In this document: positions 50,028 to 61,616 of the stretch, one piece after another
How the letters are laid out: the number at the start of each line of letters is the position of its first letter
How positions within the stretch are numbered: the stretch's first letter is position 1
From: Psammoneis japonica
Lineage: Eukaryota
NCBI GenBank assembly: GCA_008632985.1
Contig: QPGO01000013.1
Location: 558,001 to 622,000 of the forward strand
Length of the DNA stretch: 64,000 nucleotides
Direction: 5' to 3'
Translations under genes and position numbers: made by a program
Notes under the pieces: model-generated
The model's input: only the letters and a program-made list of their open reading frames with translations
What the model was told of the DNA's origin: nothing
Database searches by the model: none

Positions 50028-53000
50028 ATGGAGGCGCAAGGCGAAACAGCATCAAAAAATATACTGCTTGATTTGTGGGCGTTGCTCTTGTGGCTCGGAA
50101 CGTTCCAGCAGTTCTCGGCCGAGTTTGTTCGTGACGAGAATGTGAGCGAAAGCGAAATGAACACGATACTAAACGACCCGGCGTTTGTAGAGTAAGTTAA
50201 AATGAATACTACTTTCTATATTGGGTATGTGGAACTCGAGAAATCTCATGCCGTGTCCGTTTTGTATTGAAAACCTTGAAGGGCCCTGGTGAACATTGCC
50301 GAAGAAGTTTGTCAAAAGAGCTCAAGCGATCTTGGTGATCAGAGTACTATCATGTGGCAAAAGGTTCATCGTATTATCTCATCGATAGCCTCGGCTCCGG
50401 CTCTGGAGAACGCCAGCTTCGACACCGAACCAAGCAACGAAAGAAAATTTGCCCTCATGTGCTGCTTGCTTGGTTTTGCGGTAAACAAACGCTGCCCAGA
50501 GCAAGGCACGTATGTTGGAAAAATAAGAGGAATGAGCCTTACAGCACAACGGAGGATCATGACTATTATCGGAAATGTAGGTGTCGTTGCCCACCAGGAC
50601 GCCAAAACATTGAAACCAGAGTTACCATCCGAGGGGAGTGCAGTGCGTCGAAAGCACGACGAAGCTTTTGAATCAAAAGACGCTGAACAGTCTGATACAA
50701 CACCTTCCAAGAAGCACAAAGACAGCGAAGATACCTCAAGTGTTGAAGATGCATATACACCGGATACAGTAGACTCGGCCGCAGAACGAGCAATGGAGCG
50801 GCTTCGAGAGCAAAACACGGATCTCCAGAAGAGGCTACAATCCAGCGAACAACGCGAAGAAGAACTCGGAGAAAAATTGCAATCGGTAGAAGCTGAGCAC
50901 AAAAAGTCAATGATAAAGGTCGAGTCTGCTGCTCTGCGAAGGGAAGAAGAAATTCGAGAGGAGCTTATGGCAGAGGTGGCAACTTTGAAGGCAAAAGTCG
51001 AAGATCTAACCTCACGCGAAGAGGACGAGACTAGTTCGCAAGAGAAGCTACAAGCTCTTCAAGATGAAATCGAGGTTCTGCAGCACAACAAAGTAGCGCT
51101 TGTACAGGCGGAAGAAAAGATCCGAAACTATCAAGATCGTTTGGAGCAGAATGAGAACATCAAGGCCGCTCTCAAACGCGAAGAGGAAGCCCACGCCAAG
51201 TCTGTCGAGGATTATTTGCGCGTTGAGAATGAGCTCAAAGTCCTACAACCTTTGAAAAAACAGCTTGAAGAGTACAAAGCTAGGGCAGTTGATGCAGAGG
51301 TCAAACTTGAAGAATGTCGAGATGACTTGAAACGAATGGAAAGTATGAGCCAAACGCTTGATAGTGCTAAGAAAGATCTCGAGAAAGGAGCCAGAATTCG
51401 CGAAGAGGAAGTCGAGGAATTGAGACATCGTTTGTGTCAGGAAGGAGAAAGAGAAGAAGGTGGTCAAGGCATTGGTGAAGGCATGAGGTGAGTTCTAGTT
51501 GATTTTTTTCTCATTACGAATTTCCGTTATTGTTGCTAAAATTATGCATTTGTTTGACATGCAGCGAGCTCAACCCTGTTCTGAAAGAAGAACTGATGCG
51601 TTTACGCAACGAAAACGACCAGCTTCGAGCCTTTGCAGCGAAGAGAGAAGATGACGCGGTTCAGAAACTTGAAGAGAAGCTGGATGACAAGGAGCGACTC
51701 TCCGTTCGGTACAAGGAGCGATTTCTAGATACCAAGTCTCAACTTGAACAAACTCAGACTAAACTCACCGATGCTATCCAGCGTGAAGAACAACTGAAAC
51801 TTGACGTTGCTGACTGGACCAAGAAATTCAACGACACAACGGAGCTCGCAACTGAATACAAAAGAGAGTTGGATATGACGGTGTCCGTCTTGGAAGAGAC
51901 TCAACCATTGCTCGTTGATGCCAAACTCGAAGTACAGGAGCTACAACAAGAGATTCAAGGTTGGATAGCCACGAATGAAGAAGCGAATCAATCTATTCAG
52001 AACCTAAACGATCTATTGGAAACAACCAAGGCTACTTTGGAAGAACGGGAACAAGATCTTTTGGCTTCGCAGGAAAGAGAGGTTAATCTCATTCGGGATG
52101 TGTCAGAATGGACGGACAAGGCGAATGGAGCAGAGGAACGTGCTAATGATGTACACCAGGAGCTCGAATGTACTCAGGCTATTTTAGAAGAGACCCAACA
52201 CGCTTTACGTAACGCCGAAGAAGAAGTTACGTCCTTGGAAGTGACGGTATCAGACTTGAAGTCGAACGTTGTAACACTTGAAACCACTCTGGCGGAAGAA
52301 ACGAAGCGGAGGGACGATGATGCCAAGGCCGCACGCAAGCTACTAGAAAGAACAGTTCAAGATCTGAAAGAAGTGGCAAGCAAAGAGTTGGAGAAACAAA
52401 AGAAAGAAGGAAGCACCACAATTGAGCATGAGAGAAAACGGTTTGAGAACGAGCTGTCAGACAAGGCCGCAGAGTTCGTTGCTCTTGAAAAGAAATGCGA
52501 ACAGGAAGTGCAGGATGCAAAACAGACTTCGTCCGAGACGATCGCTGCATTGCAGCAGAAAAATGAAAAGGAAATAGCAGCGTTGATCGAAACGCATAAG
52601 AATGACGTGGACAAACTGGCGCAAGAGTCTTCGGACGAACAGGATCGACTTGTACGAAAAGGCCGTGGAATGCTCAGTGACGTCAAACGGGACGCAAAAG
52701 AAAAGCAGCAAGAACTAGAATCTGAAATTCAGGAGTTGGCCGATACGGTTGCTAAATTGAAGGAGAAGAATATCGATGTGGTGCAGAAAGCCAAGGAGAA
52801 GTTCTCTAACTACAAGAAGCAATTACAGGTTGCGGACGGAAAAATAAGCGAGCTCTCGTACGAAAAACAAGAGTTGGAGGACACCGTTAAGCACAAGGAG
52901 CGAGAAATGTTCACTCTGCGGGAAGAAAGCGAAACCTACAGACGTCAACTTGGGAGTCGTTACGGAGCCGACGGAAAGACACAACACCAGCTTGAAGCTC

Positions 53001-53698
53001 TTCAAAAGGAATTCAATGCAGTGCTGGAAGAGAACCGGGCCTTGAAGGCAAGACTGAAAGGCGCAAACCTGAATCTTTACGACCAAGGCACCATCGAGAG
53101 TAGCAACCCTGGGGGTGCATCATATGCCGCTGGAACCGTAAGGCGATCAACCATCGCGCAACTTCGTGAGGAGTACGAGGCCAGGATTCAAGTGCTCAAT
53201 GACGAGAAGCGTGAGCTGGTGATGAGGAACTCTGCAGCAATGACCGATGTACAGAGAGCGGAGCATAGAGCTTGGGAGTCCGATGCGAAAGTTTCTAAAC
53301 TGAGAGATGAATTGACGACAGCAAAGCTTGCTCTTGAGCGCGTTCAGCAAAGCTCTGAACATACGGATGCGTCCTTGGAAATGAATGACCTTCTCGAGAA
53401 AACAGATACTCCATCAGAGAAGAAATCCGTCCCATCAGATACGCAGAAGGTTTTATCAGTTTTGTCCCCTAATCGGCAACGAGCGACTCCAGCGCAGCAG
53501 GTTGCAAAGAGGAAGACAGCGACTCCGCAGCCGCTACTTCCTATTGATGTCTATTCCCTTGATCCGGCTACGGTCGCGGAGAGGACGTCTTCGCGAAAGA
53601 AAACAGACAGTACGAAGAAACTCGTTCCAACTCTCATGGATCAAGCAACCCTCGGTGATACTGCCCCCGAAGGCCAGCAGGAATGTCAGCAGAGCTAG
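50028..53698 (+). CDS. HOOK-like coiled-coil protein (3 exons)
   Basis: LLGFAVN..CPEQGTYVGKI...AQRRIMTII resembles the HOOK N-terminus, and ELNPVLKEELMRLRNEN resembles the HOOK spindly-box region. Long coiled coil. Confidence 0.7.
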
Positions 53699-53999
53699 GT
53701 ACTGTATCTTTTTGGTGGGAAAGCGGGAAGGACCGACATCATGTATTTCAAGGGTTCACGATTGTTCGTGTTATCGGTCGCCTACCACAAATCAGATTTG
53801 CATAATTATGGAAGCGCTCATCTGTTAGAGAGACGGCGATAGTTATAGGCCAAAAGCCAATAGGAGCAACGTCAAACTAACCTCTCTAGCTAGTGAGCAC
53901 TTTATAACTGGGATCATAGCATGCATGACCAATGTAATGTGAGACTAGAGCATATCGTTGTCAGCAGCAAACATGTGGCATCTGTCTCTAATGTCTTCA

Positions 54000-55384
54000 T
54001 CAAAGCTCTTGCTTCTCCGAAGAAGCGGTTCCTTCCTTCTCCCTACTGGTATTACTTGCGTGCCCTCCTTTTTGCATACTGCCGTAAAGCAGCGTCAGGT
54101 TTATTCTGCGATTTTCGTATCCTTTTCGAAACTTGAAAGTATCAGTGTGATGGAACAAAGCGGAATCAAAAATGACGGCCCTGTTCTGCAAGTGTGGTAC
54201 AGTGACATTGGCATAGTTGGAAGGCTTCAAAAGTTCCTCCATGACTTTATCTGTATCTGTATTATACTTTTCAAAATCCCAGTCATCTACTCGTACAGCA
54301 AATATAATAATGGTTCAAAACAGGACACGCGACAAAAGACGAGATGAGTTGGCAAGACGATACCAGCTGCACCAGGGTACACTCTAAGTTTCTCACCTGG
54401 TGGCTTTGTGGTAAAAATAACGAGACCGCCACTGTTGGGGTCTAAGTTGGCCTCGTCTGGAGTTATCCAGAGATTTACATTTACCGCTGCTTGATCGGCA
54501 TGGGTGTTGATTCCGGTGTACTCGGAATCGTACTTGTATGCCCATAGGTATTTTAACGGATGATCCTTCATAATGTTTGGGAGGGCTCTGTGAAGCTCAA
54601 AGGCCAGTTTCAACAACACTCGATCGTATAGTCCATCGTCAATGTAAGCCCCGACGTACCCACCAAACTTCTTTGGCATTTTTGTTTGATACCAAACGGT
54701 ACTCTCCATCAAGACTTGGCGAATTCGATCTAAGGCTTCACTTGATAAAATGTCATCTACAACTACAACCCCAGGAGTGTGGTGCTTTGGATCCTTGCCG
54801 AACCATTGACTTTCAATCTTGCCGAGATCCAAGTCCGGATTCAACAGGGGAATAGTCGATCCATCCGGTCGAAATTCATCTATTGATGTATGATGCAACG
54901 CCTTGTTGTAAATCTCTAGGATACCTGCGTTGACGTCAGCTTGTGAAAAGGCGTACAATCCGTGCGTTTGTTCCAATTCTTCGAGCGGCGGTATGTTTTT
55001 CAAAACAGATTCATACACTGGAATCACCACGTCTCTGAGAAACGTGGCCTTTTCTGCATCGACATTCTTGAGCCGCTTTACGAGATAGTGCGCTTGTTCC
55101 AAGTCTGCTTTCAATTTGTAAGCTGTCGTATAGGTCGAACCTCCACCTCTTGCAATCAAGGTCTGCGGCAATGGGACCCTCTCTTCCTCACCTCTTGACG
55201 GATTTCGTTCGGACCGCGCAAACACATTTGCCAATGCCCAGTGCAAGCCATCCAAGTCGCCTTGCTGAAAGAAGTACGCAATGTCGTCACTGTCAAGCAG
55301 TGGAGGAAATTCAACCTCTTCTTCCGAAACAATGGAATGCAAAAAACAGTACCAAATCAACAGCACAATTCTCAAGGCCTTCAT
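54000..55384 (-). CDS. Secreted 2OG-Fe(II) oxygenase-like protein (2 exons)
   Basis: Signal peptide, WAYKYD...HAD..VNVNLWIT, NRAVIFDSALFHHT...RRINLT (HxD...H...R). Confidence 0.75.
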
Positions 55385-55752
55385 TGTTGTTCCTTGAGCT
55401 CTTGTCTTTGACAACATCAAGACTCAAGACTCGTTTCCCCACACGCCCACACGAGAAAGCAAGAGATGAAAGATCGTGAAAGCCGGATGCACATGATTTT
55501 TTTTGACAAAGTACGTCAACCTCCGGGTCTCTCTAATTGTTTCGGGGTATTTGAGTTAGTCGAAGGGGTCATAACTTCAAAGTAGCCGTTTACTATTGCC
55601 CCACCATACGGAAAGCTCACTCGTACATTTCTACATATGGAAACACTCGGTACAAAACTGCCGTTCTGTTTTCCCGAACTTTTCTGCCGTCCGCCGACGT
55701 CGTGCACTTTTTTATTCTCGAGCTCACGTCAAAAACGCGATCGCTCCATGAT

Positions 55753-57549
55753 ATGACGAGCGCTTCGGGTCTTGAACACATTAGCGCAAAACTCCACGAC
55801 TACATAATGACACCTCGTAATGTCAAAAGACAAGCGAGTATAGATGATACCACGGATCGAGAGGAAATGGAGATTTATTCATCCGCAGAAGAAGAAGCTG
55901 CAGGGTCATTATCGCTGAAGCGAGCTCATGCGGCCAGCGGCCAGAATGAGCTAAAGGGCACATCTCACAAAGAAAAGTTCCAACTCATGCTGGAGAAACT
56001 AACGTTATACAAGGAAGAACACGGGAATTGTCTCGTGCCCTATGGAGGTCAGGACGCGTATCTGGCTAGATGGGTGGGCCGTATGAGGCTTCTGAAAGAG
56101 AAGGAGAAGCTACCGCAAGATCGAATCGACAAACTAAATGCTATAGGATTCGTCTGGCAAGTAAAGCATAAAACGACGTGGGACGAAATGTACGAGCGCT
56201 TATGCGAGTTCAAAAAGAAAAACGGGCACGTGATGGTGCCTCAAAAGTACAAAGACGATCCGAGTCTAGGTGAGCTCAGTCTCGTTTTTGCACACGTTGT
56301 AGTGTGTTTTCTTCTTAGCGCTCACACCTCGTCTCGTTTGACAGGACGGTGGGTCGATACTCAGCGAGAAGGGAAGGCTCGTCGTATTACTCCAGAGCAA
56401 AAACAAAAACTGGATGATATTGGCTTTGTGTGGTCAGCACTTAATCAATCATGGGATGCCATGTTTGACGAGTTGTGCGCCTACAAGGAGGAGTTTGGCG
56501 ACTGCAACGTGACTCAACGATATACGCAGAACCCGAAACTGGGGCGATGGGTAAGTGTTACAACAGTAATTATTTGCTTTTGTACTGCTCAAGTTCGTGG
56601 ATAAAATTTGTAAAACCATTGTTTCGCTTTTCTCACCTGTTTTCCTTGTCTCTCTCGGCATACGGTACGGTAGGTCAAGAACCAACGATTACGCAAAGAC
56701 TGTTTGTCGGATGACCGTATCGCCCGTCTCAACTCTATTGGTTTCAAGTGGAGGCGCGCACACAAGAGTTTTGATGATGAGGAGTTGGAACTTTGGGAAA
56801 GCATGTGCGACAAGCTTACTGCGTACTTTGAAAAGCACGGTAACTGCAACGTTGGCAAGAGAAGCGAGCTTGGCATGTGGAGCAGGAACCAACGCTTGAA
56901 GAAGCACACACTGACCAATGAACAGATTGAACGCCTCGACGAGATGGGGTTCGTCTGGGATATCGATGCGAAAGATGCCCAAGGGGGGAAACAAAAACAT
57001 CGAACGAGAAGAAAGCCTGAAGTACGTAACGAAGCGTGGGACAGGGTTTTTACGAGGCTTTGCGAATACAAGCTTGAGCATGGAAACTGTCTTGTCCCTG
57101 TGGGTTGGCCAGGAGATCCTGAATTGGCGGCCTGGGTGCGATTCCAACAGGCGAACAAGGCGAAATTGACTGACACTCAAATTGAGCGACTCGATTCAAT
57201 TGGTTTCGTATGGGATTTCAACGAGAGCAATATGCCAAATGCCATGGCTGGTAATAGGTTAGGACAACTATTTCAAGCCCAACAAGCAGCTCAACTGCTA
57301 GGCGCCATGTCTCGGCAGCGACCGCTACCACCGCCCCCGCCGCAAATGTCAAGCGCTTTTGCTGGTCTTTCTTGGCAGAATTCCATGTTGAACCAGCAAC
57401 GACAACAGCAAGAAGAGAGACATCCGTGGGATCATCCATCGAGTAGCTCAATGCCGGTGCAGCAGCTTGTTACCACCCGACAACTTAGAGCCATAACAGG
57501 CCAAAATCCCGACGATGAGTCATCCAATTGGACCTCGGGTTGGGAATGA
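55753..57549 (+). CDS. Helicase-associated (HA) repeat protein, paralog 1 (5 HA repeats, Gln-rich tail)
   Basis: Repeated W..M...L..YK...G.C.VP...L..WV..QR...L..IGFVW. Introns at about 56270-56344 and 56551-56673. Confidence 0.88.
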
Positions 57550-58189
57550 GATCATGGTTCTACTTCAACTCCGGAACGTGGAAGGGGATTCCAATTATTA
57601 GATTGAGGAGAGGATGATTCGGCTTTCAGGGCAAAGCTGATGCTATCTTAGACACTTCGTCACAGAAGGTCCTCACTTTGCACATGACGCACTATACGCA
57701 TTGATAGCAAGTCTCATACCAGCAACTACCACGCTTGTTCATGGTGGAGGACACGATCCTTCCTCCGTGACTTAGAAATCGTTGTGTGCGTAATTCATAT
57801 TATAAACAATTCTTGTAGGGGTAACGTAGCTTTCTTCGCATCTCTTTGACTTCCGGATTGGCCCGGTTTCGCCATCGCTAGAGATTTTCGAGAGCGTGGC
57901 TATTTCTGCTCTGCTACTTCACAAGGCATGTCGTCTGCTGAATAGAGTTTTGCTTGAGTGTGTCGACTATGACCACCAACGGCTGTTGAATATCTCTGCG
58001 GTAGGATTAGAGGCGTTTGGTGTCGATTCAGACTATCATAAGTGAGTGTTCGCTTTCGTTCCACTCAATCGGCACCAAGCCACAGCCAATCCATAAACTA
58101 GAGAAAGAGGTTCACCAAACACGAAAAATCATTGGTTTACATTCATACTCAGACTACCAATAGTAGGCTACGACTACGTGCTATGTGAC

Positions 58190-59410
58190 TCCCCAAATCA
58201 CAAAGAGGATGCCTTCAATGGGCTTCGTCAATCAAAATTTCTTCCTCCCAGGAGTCAAAATTTTCTTCGAAGCCCACGTCCTCGTCATGGTCATCATCTT
58301 CCAAATCGTCAAAGCCCTCCGGTTTTTTACCGTCGTTCAAAACCTGGTGAACGAGCGCCGTGTCTTGGGCTGAAATCTGTTTGAGAACAGGTGACAAAGC
58401 TGCACGGAGGTCATCTCACCCAAAACCATCTGACCCAGCAGAACATGGTGGCGTGTTTTGGGAGGAAAGTTCTTGGCGACAAAGTCTTGCAGTTTGGCCA
58501 AATTTTCATTGAAAAGGCGATTCGAGTGGTGAACTTCTTTGGCTGTCTGGGTGTTCAAATGAATGTGAAGATACGGGAGTTCCATGACTTTGCCACCAGC
58601 AACGTTGATGAAGCGCCCGCGGATTCATTGTCGCAATGCGTGATGAGCAAAACAACAGAGCTCACATGATGGCCTGTGGCACCGGAATTTCTGATCTTCC
58701 AAATGCAGTCTGGTCCCATGAAAGGCTTTAGCACTTCCATGCCTGGACAAGGGACAAGGCACAGTCAAGTCGAGGATCCATTGTCAATCATCGCGTTTGG
58801 GTGAGAGACACACCGGCAAAAGAACTCACTGAGCTTGGCGCACAAAGAAGCACTTTTTGTGGTTTCACATGGCAATGGCTTTGATGTGTGGGGGCAGCAA
58901 ACTGGCTCATAGATTAACTGCAGCATGGGGACTCGCTTCTTCCTCATTTGTCTTTTTCCTGGCACTCACATTGCTTTCTTTTTGTGGTGTTGAAAGCCTT
59001 TTGGACTTGAACACAAGCAATCGGGTTGCAGGAGCTGGAGATGGAATGTGAGTGCATTCAATTGGGTTTGCTTGCAGTGGCAGGGAAAGGCAGCTGGGGG
59101 CCATGGCGAGATGAGCGTTGCTGGCGTTCGCGGTTTTTTACAGGTGCCAGATGCCAGAAGCCAAGTCTCTCACTCTCTCTCCGGCTGCACAGGCGCACAG
59201 CTCAAACGTGCACCAGTCGAAGCACACATGTTCATGTGCACATGAAGAGCAGCATGAAGACACACCGCTTGTGTACTCTGTGCATTGACATAAATGTTCA
59301 ATGATGCGAACACCGGTTCACAGATTCTTCACAGAATGTGAATGGCGACATTTGCAATTTGGAATTTGCCGGATCGATCGATTTTCTGTGCGTGCGATGA
59401 TGACATCATC
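58190..59410. other. Small partially TpA-depleted island (degraded minus-strand gene or element)
   Basis: About 8 TpA in about 1.2 kb while CpG remains common. Only fragmented ORFs. Confidence 0.6.
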
Positions 59411-59792
59411 ATTTATCCAGAAGAAAGTTCTGGAATGTCTGACTGTCACTATCAAAAAATAACAGAGATCGTTCTGACGTAGGTTTTAGCATTCGCTTTA
59501 AAGTACTTATATGTGCATTCCAAATTGTAACCTTAAGCTCCGAATAAATTGGATTTCGCTGAAAATCGTTAGTCCGTTGGGTGGTTGAAGGGAGAGCGAT
59601 CAAAAAACAACCAAAACAAAGACCTGCGATCGGTCACATGACCCACGATCGCACTCTCTCTTCGCTTTCATTTTTATGTTGCATGAGCAGAAATCATTTT
59701 ACAGCTTTCACCTCACAGCTATCCATCAGGCTCTCCTCAAACCGACTCTGTACAACCTACTGAAACCAATACACTCTCTTGACTAGAGTACA

Positions 59793-61323
59793 ATGACGAA
59801 ACTATCAAAGAAACGGAGGCATTCGACTGCGTCTCCACTCCGCGACCCAAGTCGTACGAAACAAAAGAAGAAAACCCAGAAAACCACGACTCACGATGAC
59901 GAAATGCTGGAGCGACTTGTACAATACAAGGAAGAGTATGGCGACTGCCGCGTGCCGGTCCGATGGACAGTTGACCCTGCTCTGGGCAAATGGGTTAGTC
60001 AGAGACGAAAACTAAAGGAACAGAAGAAGCTTTCGCAAGACCAAATTGACAAGCTCGACGCGTTGGGCTTTGTCTGGGTGACGCGACAACGATTCTCGTG
60101 GGATGAAATGTTTGAGCGACTAGTCAAGTTCAAGGAGAAGAATGGGCATTGTCTGGTGCCTCAACAATACCGAGAGGATCCTCGTTTGGGTGAGTGCTGT
60201 TGTTGTTCGTGCATGAGCTTTCTGCTCGTCCTTGGCTCACATTTTCATTCTTGTTTCATACTGCCCCATAGGACGATGGGTCTTTACACAGCGAGACAAC
60301 AAGGAGTACCGCACAGACTCTCAAATGAAGCGACTTGAAGAAATCGGCTTTGTTTGGTCTTGCCAGCAGGACAGCTGGGACCAAATGTTTAACCAGCTGG
60401 TTCAATACAAGGCCACCTACGGGGACTGCAACGTGACTCAATACGATCCACAGCACCGCAAGCTGGCAACGTGGGTCAAGAATTTACGATTGCGACGAGA
60501 CCACTTGTCGGATGATCGTGTGGCTCGTCTAGACGAAATTGGGTTTATTTGGTGTCTCAAGAAGAAACAAGCGCGAGATGAGTGGGATCGACTGTACAAG
60601 CAACTCAAGCTGTTCAAAGGGAAGAACGGGAATTGCCGTGTTACGGGAAATGGTGAATTGGCTAGGTGGATCAAGGGCCACCGAGTCAACAAGGAGAAAC
60701 TCACGATGGAGCAAGTCAAGCGACTCGACTCGATTGGGTTTGAGTGGGGCGTTCCCGTACGGTCAAGTGCAGCTACCGCTCCCAAGGGGGAGCGTGCCTC
60801 GAGCCGCACGGCAAGCGAAAAGAGTTACGGAACACAGAGCTCGGGGAAAAGTGTACCGCCCAACGACTCGGAAGAAGGAAGTGGGGCGTCCAGTGCCGTT
60901 GGTGATAATCCCCTTGTAGGAGGGGACCATGCTGCCATGGCTCGTTTGCTGCAACTGCAGCAACAAGCCGTTCCAAACTTGGCAGCGGCGGCGTTTGGTG
61001 GTGTCACGGCGCATCAAGCTACATTGCCGTCTGTTGGTGCTATGGGCGTCGTCCCTTCCGACGACCACTACTATCAATTGGCAGCCATGCAACCCCAATC
61101 CTTGCTCCTTCAAGCGCGTCAACAGCAACTGTTGTTGAATCACGAATTGCAAAAGCAGCAACTCCTCGCTGCTGCTGCTCAACAGCGCAACATGGCGCTG
61201 TCTTCGGCTCCTCCCTTTATGCCTACTAATGCATCCATCCATCAACGCAACACGAGCTATGGCGATCCCAACTTTGCTTCGTTTGGGCAAAAGACAATGC
61301 CTCAAGACAAGGACAAGTACTAG
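59793..61323 (+). CDS. Helicase-associated (HA) repeat protein, paralog 2 (4 HA repeats, Gln/Ala-rich tail)
   Basis: Same HA motifs. One intron at about 60190-60271, in the same position as intron 1 of paralog 1. Confidence 0.88.
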
Positions 61324-61616
61324 TGCTTTCAGCGCCAAGTGTAAGCATACAGGTATATTGTAGCTATTCATTTACATATGGGATTGTACTCTACTGGTCT
61401 GTCTTTCACTAGAGAGTGTCATGTCTTGCTACAAACACTTTGGAGCTCATAGGTTCTAATACACGCTGGTCCTAGCATAGGCTCAACCTATGGTCCTCTA
61501 TTACTAGCTACACTCCAGAGAGAGTGCGCCAGAGGAAGAATTTCTACCGGAAGTAAAACTTGGTGTCGAAAGAAAATGAGATGTGTTGTCGTTCATGGTG
61601 TGATGGAGACTATCTA

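Noticed and set aside
54000..55384. 2OG-Fe(II) oxygenase as the DNA-modifying enzyme
   Set aside because: It has a signal peptide and no AlkB/TET-like or DNA-binding features. Proximity carries little weight in a eukaryote.
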